DNA of 64,000 bases from positions 142,974,001 to 143,038,000 of the forward strand of contig CM059431.1 of NCBI GenBank assembly GCA_030390025.1, given 5' to 3'. The first letter of the stretch is position 1; each line of letters begins with the position of its first letter. Origin of the DNA: Squalus acanthias (taxonomy: Eukaryota). Below, one piece after another: positions 1-14,084 of the stretch. A program made the position numbers and the translations under genes. Under the pieces are notes generated by a model, which was not told the DNA's origin, did not search any database, and saw only the letters and a program-made list of their open reading frames with translations.

Positions 1-2562
1 GCTAAGCAATAACCTGCTCAGCGATAATCAATTTGCGCTCTTCCAGGATCACTCGGCTGCAGACCTCATTACAGCCTTGTTCCAAACATGGACAGAAGTA
101 CTGAATTCCAGAGGTGAGGTGAGAGTGACTGCCTTTGACACCAAGGCTGCATTTGACCGAGTGTGGCATCGAGGAGACCAAGTAGAATTACAATCAATGG
201 GTATCAGTAGGGAATTCTCCACTGGCTGGATTCATATCACAAATATAACACAAAGGAAGATGGATGTTGTTGTTGGAGATCAATCATCTCTGCCCCAGGA
301 CAACGCTGCAGGAGAGCCTCAGGGCCGTGTCATCAGCCCAACGATCTACAGCTGGTTCATCAATGACCTTCCCACCATCATACGGTCAGAAGTGGGAAGT
401 TCGCTGACGATTGCACTGTGTTCAGTTCAATTCACAACTCCGCAGATAAAGAAGCACTCCATGCCCGCATGCAGCATTGCCTGGACGACCTACTGGAGAT
501 TTTTGAGGATGTAACTGGTAGAATAGATAAGGGAGAAGCAGTGGATGTGGTGTATTTGAAGTTTCAGAAGGCCGTTAATAAAATCCCACATAAGAGGTTA
601 GTGTGCCAAATTAAAGCACATGTGATAGGGGGTAATATACTGGAATGGATTGCAAATTGGTTAACAGACAGGAAACAGAGAGTAGGAATAAATGGGTCTT
701 TTTCAGGGTGGCAGGCGGTGACTAGTGGGGTACCGCAGGGATCAGTGTTTACGCCCCTGATATTCACAATATATATCAATGATTTAGATGAGGGAACCAA
801 ATGTAATATTTCCAAGTTTGCTGACGACTCGAAACTACGTGGGATTGTGAGTTTTGAGGAGGATGCAAAGAGGCTTCTAGGCGATTTAGACAAGTTCAGT
901 GAGTGGGCAAATACATGGCAGATGCAGTATAACCTGGATAAATGTGAAGTTATCCACTTCGGTAGGAAAAACAGAAAGGCAGAGTAATATTTAAATGGTG
1001 ATATATTGGGAAATGTTGATGTACAAAGGGACCTGGGTCTTCTTGTACACCCGTCACTGAAAGCAAACATGCAGGTGCAGCAAGCAGTTAGGAAGGCAAA
1101 TGGTGTGTTGGCCTTCGTTTGAAGAGCATTTAAGTACAGGAGCAAGGATGTTTTACTACAGTTATACAGGGCTTTGGTGAGACCACACCTGGAGTACTGT
1201 GTGCAGTTTTGGTCTACTTACCTAAGAAAGGATATACTTGCCATAGAGGGAGTGCAACGAAGGATCACCAGACTGATTCCTGGGAAGGCAGGGCTGTGGA
1301 ATGAGGAGAGATTGGGTCGACTAGGTCTGTATACACTAGAGTTTAGAAGAATGAGAGGGGATCTCATCGAAACGTATAAAATTCTGACAGGGCTAGACAG
1401 ACTGGATGCAGGGAGGATGTTTCCCCTGGCTGGGGGGTCTAGAAAGAGGGGTCGCAGTCTCAGGATACGGGGTAGGACATTTAGGACTGAGATGAGGAGA
1501 AATTTCTTCACTCAGAGGGTGGTGAACGTGTCGAATTCTCTACCAAATAAGGTGTGGAGGCCAATTCACTGAATATATTTAAGAAGGAGATAGATAGATT
1601 TCTAAATGCAAAAGGCGTCAAGGGGTATGGGGAGAGAGCGGGAATATGCTAGAGATAGAGGATCAGCCATGATCATATTAAATGGCGGGGCCGGCTCGAA
1701 GGGCCGAATGTCGCACTCCTGCTCCTATCTTTCTATGTTTCTGTGTTTCTATTCAGGATTGTTCTGATAAGTGGCTACGAACATTAGTGCCAAACAAGTA
1801 CCAGCCAATGACTATCTCCAACAAGTGTGAGCCTAACCATCGCCCCATGACATTCAACGGCATTACCTTCGCCGAATCCACCACCATCAACATCCTGAGG
1901 GTCACCATTGTCCAGAAACTTAGCTGGTACAGGCACGTAAATACTGTGGCCACATGAGCAGGTCAGAGGCTGTGTATTCTGCAGCGTGTGTCTCACCTCC
2001 TGACTCCCCAAAAACTTCCCACATCTAAAAGGCACAAGTGAGGAGTGTGATGGAATACTCTCTACTTGCCTGGATGAGTGCAGCTCCAACCACACTCAAG
2101 ATGCGCGAAAGCGATCCAGAACAAAGCAGCCCGCGTGATTGCAGCACATCCACCACATTAAACGTTCACTCCCTCCACCACCGGCGCACCGTGGCTGCAG
2201 TGTGTACCATCTACAAAATACACTGCAGCAACTCCTCAAGGCTTCTTCGGTAGCAACTCCCAAGCCAGCGACCTCTACCACCTAGAAGGACAAGGGCAGC
2301 AGGCGCATGGGAACACCACCACCTCCACGTTCCCCTCCAAGTTACACACCATCCTGACTTGGAAATATATCGCAGTTCCTTCCTCATTGCTGGGTCAAAA
2401 TGCTGGAACTCAATCCCTAACAACACTATGGAGTAACTTCACCACGCGTACTGCAGTGGTTCAAGAAGGCTGCTCAGCACCATCTTCTCAAGGGCAACTA
2501 GGGATGGGCAAAAAATGCTGGCCTTGCCAGCGACACCCACATCCCAGGAACAAATAAAATAA
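1..2562 (+). mobile_element. CR1-group LINE, family B (RT and 3' tail), split by a nested CR1 at 490-1750
   Basis: ORF 77..514 has RT motifs (FDTKAAFDRVWH, GEPQGRVISP). The sequence resumes at about 1751 (attcaggattgttctgataagtgg), colinear with the copy at 57.0-58.5 kb. It ends in the tail ggatgggcaaaaaatgctggccttgccagcgacacccacatccc followed by an A-rich run. Confidence 0.85.
490..1750 (+). mobile_element. 5'-truncated CR1 LINE, family A (RT C-terminus and 3' UTR), decayed
   Basis: ORFs 418..987 and 1174..1572 contain [26 protein letters not shown] and VRPHLEYCVQFWS. The tail is ctcctgctcctatctttctatgtttctgtgtttct. Confidence 0.93.
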
Positions 2563-3549
2563 AGTCTAACGAATGGCGGGCGTGGTTCCTCCGCTGGCTA
2601 CAGTAAATCCTGGTGAAATATTTCTCATTGCAATACCTTGGGGAGGTAAATACAAAATTCTGAATTTTTAGAGTCAATATTCCGCAGAGCCGGAAATATT
2701 GATTGGTAATTTGGTGTTATAACTACAAACCTTATTGACTTGTATTTTGGAATGGTTCCACAACTTCTTGCCCACAAAAATGGAAGCGACAATTGATATC
2801 AACAGCGCCAACAATACCAACAGGGGGAGAACGAATACAAGACTGAAACGGTATATCTGTGGATCAGTAACAAGAACATGTTAGGGCAAACAGAAATAAG
2901 TCGACATCAGGCAACAAGAACATTCGTATATACAGCGACACCACATTTCAAGGAGAATCTCAAATCGAAGCTTACACATTAGCCAATTTTTGGCCAATGA
3001 AAAATATTGGGAGCGGAATTGAACTCTGCCAGTCGTGCTAAACGGGAATCAAAAGTCCGTTTAACGCTCCTCCCGATTTCCCTCTCCAATTGAATTCAAT
3101 GGAAAAGAAAATCGGGAGGAGAGTAATGCAGACTAATTTCCTCCCCATTGTCTCAATATTAGGCGACCGTCCACAGGGCATCAAGAATATGTCTTCGGCT
3201 GCAAGCATATTTCAGTGTGGGGGAGGGGATTAATGGACCAGGGCGTGGAAATGTTAGTCAGCCCCCGTTTGTAAGTCTGAATTTTCCCTTTAGATAACCA
3301 AACTGATCGCAATGTTGGAAGTCTAGAAGAACATGTCATTGAAGCTTCTCTGCACTCCAGGCTGAGGAGGGAGCAGCCGCTAAACACAGGAGCTACAGCG
3401 CTGCCACAGGCTGGCTGGTACAATTACAGCATAACGTCTGCTCCTTACAAATGTGAGCAGATGGAAATATAATTTGAAAAGTTATATCAGTTGTGTACTT
3501 AGAAAGTCCGGAATGGCCGAAGGTTACTTTAATCTCCGCAGTACCAATT

Positions 3550-6500
3550 CATAGAATCATAGAATGATACAGCAGAGACGGAGGCCATTCGTCCGATCCT
3601 GCCTGTGTTTGCTCCTTGAAAGAGATAACCAATTAGACACACTGCTCTTCTTCGTAGCCCAGCAATTTTTTTTTCCATTCAAACGTTTATCAATTCCCTT
3701 TTGAAAGTTATTACTGAATCAGTTTCCACCACCCATTCGGGCAGTACATTCCAGATCATAACAAGTCGCTGTGTAAAACATTATTTCTCCTCAACCCCCG
3801 CTGGTTCTTTTGCCATTTATCTTCAATCTGTGTCCTGTGTTTACCGACCCTCTGCCACTGTGATCAGCTTTTCCTTATTTACTTTATAAAACACATGATT
3901 CACATGGCCAATTAAATAAATCTTTTTGTTCGCTTTTTGTAGATTTAAGCAAGTTTGTGTTGCCTCTCTGATTATTTGTATTAACTTCAAACTTGTTTCC
4001 TGTATACATGACTTCACAGGATGTCCCCTCATCCCATTCAAACCCTGAATTGACAGTGTATTGTGGTTGCACTTCGTAAGATGGAATCCCAGTGCGGTCT
4101 TAGAACTCCTCCTAAAGGGATTTCTCACTGCTTCTCTCTCAAGTTCATCCGCCGACCAATGGTTTTATTACACCTGTGTGTGCCTGGGAAATGCAAAGTG
4201 ACGCAAAGCTGAACTGTGAAGGGCAATCTCAATTGGTTTTTGTATGAAATTATTTAATTGTGCAATCAACCATAACACACCCAGAGGGAGTGCTGACTTG
4301 AAACTGTTATTCATGTATTAAGGGAGTTATGCTAACCCTGTATAAAACATTGTTTAGGCTTCAGCTGGAGTACTGTGGCCAATACTGGGCACCACACTTT
4401 CGGAATGATGTCAAAGCCTTAGAGAGGGTGCAGATGAGATTTTATAGAAAGGTGCCAGGGATGAAAAACTTCAGTTACGTGGATAGACGAGAGAAACTGG
4501 GGTTGTTCTCCTTAGAGCAACGAATATTAAGGGGAAATTTGATAGAAGTGTACAAAATAATGAAGGCGTTTGATGGATAAAATAAGGAGAAACTGGTTCC
4601 AGTGACAGAGCGCTCGGTATCCAGAGACACAGATTTAAGGTCATTGGAAAATTAACCAGAGGGGACGTGAGGACAAAAATTATGCAGCAAGTTGTTATGA
4701 TCTGGAATGCACTGTCTGAAAGGGCGGTGGAAGCAGATTGTATAATAACTTTTGAAACGGAATTGGATAAAATTAGTTATTTACTTAAAGCCAAAGTAAT
4801 GGGCCAAGAATCGCAGACACTACCAAAAGTCAGATAATTAATGGGGTCCTAACCTCGAAGTAAATGCAAAGCAGGACCAGATTGGCTACGCCAAGAAGGG
4901 CAGTGATCGCATTCAGCGCCAGACACGTCGCCACCTTCGAAAGAATAAGCAAAAGATTACTAAAATATTTGAATTTGGTGAGATCTTCACAAAGCCATTA
5001 GTTGTCTGGGCGGAGAATCTCCTTCAATGCACCCATCTAAAGATATTATTAATGAGTTCCAAATTCCATACAAAACGGATTTATTGCAATAAAAATAGTG
5101 TCATAGAACCTTACAGCACACAAGGCGGCCATTCCATTATGTCTGTGCCGGCTCTTTGAAAGAGGCGTGAAATAAGAATCTTTTATTTTCTTTCTGGAAA
5201 TAAAATTTGACCTAGTTTGGCAGGATACGTAGTAGGCATAAAGGACAATTTATTTCAATGTAATTTGTAGAGGAAAGCGCTTTTCTATTTTGGATTTCGC
5301 AGTGTAATCTGAGCAGTGTGAGTCGTGGGAAACTGCATTGATCAGGGGTAGAGTCAAATGATCAAATAATGAAATAATTACATAGAAAATTTCGTCTGGA
5401 CAGTCATTAGGAACATAGGAACGGGAGTAGGCCATTCAGTTCCTCGAAACTGTTCCGCTACTTAATTAGATTATTTCTGATCTTTAGCTTAACTCCATCT
5501 ACCCGTCTTGGTTCCAAAGAGCTTTAATACTCTTGCCTAGTAAAAGCGCAATGAGAACAAGTGTCTGGAATTGCAACAGGGCCTCGTGGATAAAACACTT
5601 TGGGGTAGATCTTAAAACGAGCTGCCGACTCGTTTTACCACATACGAGGTCAAAATGTATCCCCAGTGAGGGTAAAAAAGTCAATATCGATTATGAAATC
5701 AATGCAACTGAATATCGGGCCGGATGTCTAACGAGTGGCCGATGCACGACCGCTTGTTTTACCACCCGGCAATTCTCCAATTTCATCCCCGAAACCCGCC
5801 CAATTATACGGGTTACCACATATCTGAACAAACCCAATTAAAGGTAACTTTTCCAATACGTCCATAATCAGCTAAGCCACCAGTATTTCAAATTAGAGCA
5901 GTATTCCGTGCAATGGACTGTGGTGTTTAAATGGAGAGTCATTGTGGAGATACTTACAAGGCCTATAGATGATGTATTTTCCACAATACACCACAGGCTC
6001 CCAGAAATAAGAAACTGGAAAAGAAATGTGACATATCAATTCCACATGATAAAGCCTGTGCATTGGAACAGCGAACCACGACTAGGTCATTCAGCTCCTC
6101 GAGCCTGTTCCGCCAGTTAATTAGATTATAGCTGATTTGTAACTGAACTTCCTCTACCTGCCTTGGTTCTGTAACCCTTAATAACCTCATGTAACGTATA
6201 TCGATCAGCCTCGGTTTTGAAATTTTCAATTGACCCCTACACTGAACAGCTTTTGAGGAGGAGAATACCAGATATCCAATATCCTTTACGTGAATAAGTT
6301 TTTTCTGACATCAGCCCTGAATGGTCTAGTTCTAATTTTAAGGTTATGTTCTTGACTCACCCACTCACATTTCTCTCTATCAATCATATCAGATAATTTA
6401 ATTATCTTAAACACCTCAGTCAGATGACCGCTTAATCTTCTATGCTCGAGGGAATAAAAATGTAGTCTATGCAAATCGTACTCGTAATTAAAATTAGTTT

Positions 6501-7180
6501 AGCCCCGGTATCATTCTGGTAAACTATAACAACTGTCTTAAATTCTGAAGCATAATTTTCTGGCTGATTATTTACACGCAATCTAACTCCAATTATATAG
6601 TGCTCTGCTGAGACCACACCTAGATTATTGTTTACAGTTTTGGTCTCCTTACGAAAGGAAGGATATACTAGCCATAGAGGGACTGCAACGAAGGTTCACC
6701 AGACTAGTTCCTTGGATGGGGGCGATTATCCTATGAGGGGAGATTGAGTAGACTAGGCCTATATTCTCTAGAGTTTAGAAGAAAGAGAGGTAATCTCAAA
6801 ACATTCAAAATTATTACAGGGCTTGACAGGGTCGATGCAGGGATGTTTCCCCTGGCTGGGAAGTTTAGAACCAGGGGTCACAGTCACAGAATAAGGGGGT
6901 CGGCCATTTAGGACTGAAATTAGGAGGAATTTCTTCACGCAGAGGGTGGTGAATCTTTGGAATTCTCTACCCCAGAGGGCTGTGAAGGCTCAGTCGTTGA
7001 GTATATTCAAGACAGAGATAGATAGATTTTTGAATATTGACAAAATCAAGGGATATGGGGATAGTGCAGGAAAGTGGAGATGAGGTAGAAGATCAGCCAT
7101 GATCTTATTGAATGCTGAAAAAAGCTCGAAGGGCCAAATGGCCTACTCCTGCTCCTATTTCTTATATTGTTTATGTTCTA
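3550..7180. mobile_element. Cluster of short CR1 3'-end fragments on both strands (about 3550-3900 -, 4320-4770 +, 5410-5560 -, 6080-6540 -, 6610-7180 +)
   Basis: ORF 4329..4580 (LEYCGQYWAPHFRNDVKALERVQ) and ORF 6286..6474 match the CR1 ORF2 C-terminus. CR1 3' UTR tails are present. Confidence 0.8.
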
Positions 7181-7679
7181 AGTCTTGAAAACTATAGCAA
7201 TAAATAAATAACTATCTCGATACATAAAGTTTTTTGAATAAATTTGGGTGTAGACATTATTGCTTCGGCATTCTCGTTCGTCTGTTTGTTCGCTATTTTA
7301 ACGGGAATGTTTTTCGGTTTAGAATAGTTGATGCCTGAGATAAAATAGCGACAATCAGAAGAATATTACAGCAAGGCGCTACACGGTCATGCATTAAATT
7401 GCAAAAAAAGTCTAACATCTCATCTAATCAATTCTGACCAGATTTAAATTCCTCCAAACAGATTCTACTACAGATATTGGACAGAAACTCACCGACAGCC
7501 CGACAAACAACTGTAATCTGTGTCCTCCTGCCACCGAACTCGAATTCAGAAATAAAAGCGCCCAGATTATTATGAAAAGTATTCCCAACAGAATCTGATT
7601 AACCTAAAAAAGAACAAGTATTGCACTGTGGAAACAAAGCTAACATGTATAAAATCTTACAAAATATAACAGTGTGTAT

Positions 7680-7755
7680 GAGAGCGAGAGAGGGAGAGGT
7701 AGCGAGAGAGAGGGATGAGAGATAGAGAGAGAGGGGGAGAGGAGGAGAGAGAGAC
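7680..7755 (+). repeat. Imperfect (GA)n purine-rich microsatellite
   Basis: gagagcgagagagggagaggtagcgagagagagggatgagagatagagaga... seen directly. Confidence 0.85.
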
Positions 7756-8029
7756 CAAGGTAAGAGACAAGTCAAGCTTTGTTGAAAGCTGATTGAGATG
7801 ATACGATTAGTTCATTATTAAAAAGCTTTAAGATCATTTAAATGGTCAAGGTGTCCGTACATTATATCCATTTGCTTTTTAGTGTTAGAGCAGATGTGGG
7901 AGAAAGGGAAACTTGAATCATGTCTTTCGGTATGAACAATAAACAGTTTGGAAACGAAAGGACACGAGTTGATTTAAATAAAACAGGTCGAGGAACATGC
8001 TGAAAAGAGACAAGTTGGCATAAAAACCC

Positions 8030-10090
8030 AAAAGGAAAAGTGATCCAATCATTGCTAAAAAAAATATAAAGCTAGAATTAAGTCAAAGGAGGAAGCTTAT
8101 AAAGTTGCCAGAAAACGCGGTCACCTGAGCATTGGGATCGTTTTAGATATCAGCAAAGGGTGACCAAGAAATTGATAAAGAAAGGGAAAATGGGATATGA
8201 GCATAAACTAGCGAAAAATATAAAAACGGATTGTAAAAGCTTCTATAGGTAAGTGAAAGGGAAAAGACTGGCGAAGGTAAATGTAGGTCCTTTACAGTCA
8301 GAGACGGGAGAATTTATCATGGGGAATGAGGAAATGGAAAGAGAAATTAAATAAATTCTTTGTTTCTGTCTTCACGGAGGAAGAAACAGAAAACCTCAGA
8401 GAAATACGAGAAAACCAAGGGTGTGAAGAGAATGAGGAACTTAAATAAATTATTATTAGTAAAAAAAACAGTACTAGCAAAATTAATGGGACTAAAAGGC
8501 GACAAATCCCAAGGACCGGATCACCTACATCCTAGGGTTTTGAAAGAGGTGGCCATTGGAAAAGTGGCCGCATTGGTTGTCATCTTCCAAATTTCTATAG
8601 ATTCTGGAACGGTTCCTGCAGATTGGAGGATAGCCAATTTACATTGCTAACCCCGCTATTTAAGAAAAGAGGGAGAGCGAAAACGGGGAACTACAGAGCT
8701 GTTAGCCTCACATCATTAGTTGGGAAAATGCTGGAATCTATTATAAAGGATGCAATAAATGGGCACTTAGAAACTAATAGTAAGATTGGGCAGAGTCAAA
8801 ATGGATTTATGAAAGGGAAATCCTATTTGACAAACCTATTGGAGTTCTTTGAGGATGTAACTAGTGGAGTAGATAAAGGGGAATCGGTAGATGTGGTGTA
8901 TCTGGATTTTCAGAAGGCCGTCGATAAGGTCCCATACAAGAGGTTGGTGAACAAAATCAGGGCGCATGGAATTTGGGGTAATATACTAGCATGGATTGAG
9001 AATTCGTTAACAGATGGAAAACAAAGAGTAGGGCTAAACGGGTCTTTTTTCAGGATGGCAGGTTGTGACTAGTGGGGTACCGCAAGGATCGGTGCTTGGG
9101 CCCCAGCGATTCACAATCTATATCAGTGATTTGGATGAGGGCACTAAATGTAACATTTCCAAATTTGTTGATGATACAAAGCTAGGTGGCAGTGTCAGTT
9201 GTGAAGAGGGTGTGAAGAGGCTTCAAGGGGATCTCGACAGGTTCAGTGAGTAGGCGAGAACATGCAGATGGCATATCATGTGGATAAATGTGAAGTTATC
9301 CACTTTGGTAGAAAAAACAGAAAGGCAGATTATTTCCTAAATGGTGAAAGATTGCGGAATACATATGCTCAAAGGGTCCTGGGTGTCCTTGTACATGAGT
9401 CACTGAAAGTGAATGTGGAGGTGCAGCAAGCCATTAGGAAGGCAAATGGTATGCTGGCCTTCATTACAAGAGGATTTGAGTACAGGAGTAAAGAAGACTT
9501 ACTCCAATTATATAGGGCCTTGGTGAGACTACACCTGGAGTACTGTGTACACTTTTGGTCTCCGTACCTATGGAACGATATACTTGCCATAGAGGGAGTA
9601 CAACGAAGGTTCTTGAGGCTGATTCCTGGGATGGCGGGACTGTCGGATGAGAAGAGATTGAGTAAACTAGGCCTGTATTCTCTTGTATTCAGAAGAATGA
9701 GAGGGGATCTCATTGAAGCATACAAAATTATTACAGGGCTCGATAGGATGGATGCTGGGAGAATGTTTCCCTTAGCTGGGGAGTCTAGAACCAGGGCCCA
9801 CAGCTTCAAGATAAAGGGTAGGCCATTCAGGACTGAGATGAGAAGAAATTTCTTCACACAGAGGGTGATGAATATTTGGAATTCTCTACCCGGAGGGCTC
9901 TGGAGGCTCAGTCATTGGGTATATTCAAAACAGAAGTCGATAGATTTCTGACTAGTAAGGGCATCAATGGATATGACGATGGGGCCGGTGAATGAAGTTG
10001 AGGCAGTAGATCAGCCATTATCTCATTGAATGGCGGAGTAGGCTCAAAGGGCCGAATGGCCTACTCCTGCTCCTATTTCTTATATTCTTA
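8030..10090 (+). mobile_element. CR1 LINE family A, ORF2 (linker, RT, C-terminus) and 3' UTR, frameshifted
   Basis: ORFs 8360..9951 contain [45 protein letters not shown] and [10 protein letters not shown], with a typical CR1 tail ending at about 10090. Confidence 0.93.
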
Positions 10091-10185
10091 TTTGCCAAGA
10101 CACCATATACCACAGTAAAAGATAAACATGTAACTAATTACTGCATTTTAAACAAAGTTTGTAGAACCGGCAAGGTTCGAAAATT

Positions 10186-10364
10186 GGCCTAGAAATTCGT
10201 CGCGGGCGTGACAGAAAACGAACGGTATCGCATCGGCGGCCCAGTTATCCGCAGTTGTGTTCAGTCCTGTTGACTGCAATGGCACTGAACATCAGGCGCT
10301 ATAAACAGCAACCCCTTGCCGATATCGCCCGTTCTGCGCCACCGCCAGAGTCGAACTTCTAGCT
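10186..10364. mobile_element. Palindromic MITE with Harbinger-like terminal inverted repeats
   Basis: Ends are ggcctagaaattcg and cgaacttctagct, with an internal palindrome tgttcagt...actgaaca. Similar 150-200 bp hairpin elements lie at about 3010-3140, 5600-5800, 13345-13510, 21105-21270 and 21748-21915. Confidence 0.65.
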
Positions 10365-10899
10365 CAAATAGCGGGGTAAAAACCTGAAAACGTGGCCTCG
10401 GCAAAATGTGCAACTATTTATTACATAGGCACAGGCCAAGCTTGTACTATAGTATAAGAATAGAACGTGTTTTCCCCCGAGGCAGAGCGTTCTCTGGTTG
10501 GTCAGGAGGCACGCAGCCGTGCGGATGGCCTGGAGGGATGGAGCTGGTCGCTCCACGCCTGGGAAACAAGGGCTGGTGGTTCTCTTGGGGTGGGAGCGTT
10601 TCCCGGTCAGTTGGTAGGGACAGAGTCAGTTGGAAGCCCGCGGACATGCAGGCAGCCTAGCGCCGAATGTGATCACTCCGGGCCGGGGAACAAGGTTGTA
10701 TAATTTGTACGTCGGCTTGTCATTTAATGTAACACTGCATATAAAATCTAATACTATTATTGATTAATGTAATAAAGTTTGTTATTTTTTTTAAAAAGCT
10801 CTTGGGTGCCTCATAAGCTGATTTATTGTCGCCAGACTAATAACCCTTTGTTACGACAATGACCATGGAGGAAATTCTCCAACACACATACGCCTGTGG

Positions 10900-11295
10900 A
10901 CCACAGTAAACATTCACTCCCTCCACCACCGGCGCACCGTGGCTGCAGTGTGCACTATCTACAGGATGCACTGCAGCAACTCGCTAAGGCTTCTTCAACA
11001 TCACCGCCCAAAACCGCGAACACCACAACCCAGAAGGACAAGGGCAGCAGACACTGGAAATATCATCAACTCCCCTCCAAGTCACACACCATCCCGACAT
11101 TGACAGATAACCGGCGTTCCTTCATCGTCGCTGGGTCAAAACCCTTGAGATCCTCGGCTGACAGCACTGTGGAAGCACCTTCACCACATGGATTGCAGCT
11201 GTTCAACAAGAAGGCGCACCACGATTTTCTCAAGAGGAAATGGTCTGGGAAATAAATGCCGACCTTGCTAACGAGGCCCATATCCCCAGAATAAT
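10900..11295 (+). mobile_element. CR1-group family B 3' fragment
   Basis: Colinear with 2160-2560 (cattcactccctccaccaccggcgcaccgtggctgcagtgtg through the tail). Confidence 0.85.
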
Positions 11296-11419
11296 TTTTA
11301 AAAGTTTAGCTCATAAATATACTCAGGAACATCTTCCCCGGTTGGTAGTCCCAGAGAAACTCTACATGTGATCAAAGTGAAGTTATTTACAATTTCGTTA
11401 CGAGTGGTGACGGGAACTA

Positions 11420-13880
11420 ACCTCCATCAGCTAATTGATGATGTCCCTACAGAAAGCGACTGAACACCATTTTACTCAAGGTGTCTTGAAAGTAAAACAT
11501 TGCATGTTGAAATTGTGATCTATTTGGGACGCAATAAATGAATAAAATAAATGCTTTCATCTCACCCCCTGAATTTTCGGTTTTCTAATCCGAATTCCTG
11601 GACTGTTTACTCTTCTGGTTGGTGAAAGAGTCTGGGAGCCTCCCCGTCTCACCACGGCTTCCCTTGTACCGGATTGTAGGTTAATATCGGAACTGATGCC
11701 GCTTTCTTCTATGTCCAGTGAAGTTGCCATGCTCCAAATAAGGACTGGACACTCGACCCTTAGTGAATAAGAAGGTAGATGACAGACATTAGAATGCCAA
11801 CATTTCACTTAATAGTAACTAAACAATACTCTTTATAATATTATAATCTGGCAATGGAAATTTGTGACATTTTAGCCATCCTGGCACCGAATCTCTGACT
11901 ATTTTCTACCAATTCAATTCGTTTCGAATGAACCCACCAACATGACACGTTCATGTCATGTTCATAAGATTCTTACCTTTGAATCTTGAGGACTGCTTCG
12001 TTTTGACGAATCACAAGCTGGGGATTTTAATAATTCAGTTAAATACAGCGAAAAATCTAAACCTCTGAAGGAAACTTTCTACCCAGTTGTGAAGATTAGT
12101 CAGGTCAATGGATTGGGGCCAAATCGATGGCCATATATTTCCTGCGGTGATGAAGCCCTTTGTTCTGACTGATATTCGTTCTGAAATCCCAATCATCTAT
12201 TTTTGTCGTGAATTTCGCTATAATTACCAACCAAAATGAATTTCCATTCACACCGAGGCAATTATTTCAACACAGCCTAGCGAACATCTTCCTATTTAAC
12301 TTTCATCCCGTTCTCTATATTTATAATAATAAAGCACTTCATACTATGTGTTATTAATGTATGTGGTTACACTGATAATTCAACTAAATAGAGATGCAAT
12401 TACATCAATGTAAACATGAGTGTCTGATTTCGGCTGAATGCTGAGACGTAGTTTTACTTCTGCATTGTGTTAAATGCAAATTGAATAATCAGTTGTTAAA
12501 AATATTCTTACGGGACATGTTCCTTGTGTTTGCCGTAGAGACGCAGATTTCGTTGCAAATAGCTTCACTCTCTTCTAATTTCAAAAACAACATTACCTCA
12601 AGCAAGCATTGTAATTTACAAAGATCTTTGCTGCAATAACCAGCTAGAGAAATATAATGCATAGAAGTTACAACACAAAAAACCGGGCCAGTCAGCCAAA
12701 TGGGCCCCTATCGGTGTTTAACCTCGAAACGAGCAAATTAAAGAAAAAAAGCAATCTGAGCGAAAATAACAGGTTTGAAACCTGATAGCTACGCTCTGTA
12801 AATATACATCTGATCCATGCATTCAGGGTCCGGCGCAGACCCGATGGTCCGAATGGCCTCTTTCTGTGCTGTACTATTCTATGATTCCATAAGCGGTTGT
12901 GAAGTTTACAGCCACAGCTCGGAATTTCAATCCATAATTATTAGCGCAGGAAATTCTTATCAATTCACATGGGATGTTCCATCTTATCTCCTAGACTGCT
13001 ATTGATAGACGGAGGGGGCCGCAGAGGGGTTTTCCAGCTTATGTTTTCTTTTTTGATTCTGAGTTTTTTACTCTGGTTGTTTTGCCTCCCCAGGAGATTA
13101 CATGGCTGCCGGGGTGGGAGGTGGGGACGGGCGGAGATGCTCCGGCCAGCGTGGTGTGGGGAAGGCTTGACGGAGCAGCTGGTCTTTTCCTGCCCACACA
13201 TTTCATGTGTTCGTGTGATATTGTCTGTAATGGTTGGATTGCATTTGAGGACAGGACCTCAACTGACAATTTCGGAATGAAGATATCCATCAATCCGAGA
13301 ATATACTGTAATATTTCTGCAGGTAAATATGTTACAATTCTGCACACTTTGGTTGCGTAAAACGGGCGGTATCGAACGGGCTGTTATCCGCACTCGCCAG
13401 ATTTTCCCTTCAATGGCTCTCAACGGAAAGGAACATCTGGCGGGTGTGTAACGGGGGCTAATACCACATCGCCCATTTCACACCATCCCCCAGGGTTTAA
13501 ATTGCCCCCATTGATCGCAACAAAAGCCATGTCTCTGGTAAAATGAATTACATGGACATTATGAAGTCATCTTAACTTACCCGTGAGTGTGGCCCACCGA
13601 TCGGGACTCTGCGTCCTCCTTCAGAGCTCGCCAGCCTTTCAGACTGGACACTTGAGTAACACTGCGGGGTGTGTCTGATATAACCGGTTAGCCGGGGGTG
13701 GAGTTTGGCCCTGTTCTCTCACGAGCTTATCAAAGCAACAGTCCAAACATTTGATCTTCCCTGCAGCTGTTTTCGTCAGTTCAGTTCCGAGGAGAATAAC
13801 AGATTTTTGAAAGAAAGCTGGACTGCTGACCTGTAATGTGAGTCCAGATATTACACTTGGTCCTATAATGGAGAGACACT
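11420..13880 (-). pseudogene. Decayed multi-exon gene-like unit of unknown identity, copy 1 of an inverted duplication
   Basis: Canonical splice signals on the - strand: donor after 13581 (CACGG|GTAAGT), acceptor before 13316, exon 12017-11977 (ccccag|...AAAG|GTAAGA), exon 11758-11566 (ctaag|...GGG|GTGAGA), acceptor before 11519. Colinear with 21293-23590 on the + strand. Contains internal stops. Confidence 0.55.
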
Positions 13881-14084
13881 TCCTGTGTCCGTACTGATGG
13901 TTATTTTATCGGAAGGTTAATCGTTTGAAGTGATTAATTAGACGCTAACTTTTGACAGTAGATATTTATTAATCACTAATTCTTCAATTATTCCAAAATA
14001 ATCTCCAATCGATAATTTCTTCTCTTGTTCATTGTTTCATGAAACCAAGTACCAAAAAAATATTAATCCTTTGAATTCTTTTTA

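Noticed and set aside
10440..10858. Solo LTR (TG...CA, AATAAA, ends gttacgaca)
   Set aside because: There is no convincing 5' boundary, TSD or second copy in the window. A repeat-library search is needed.
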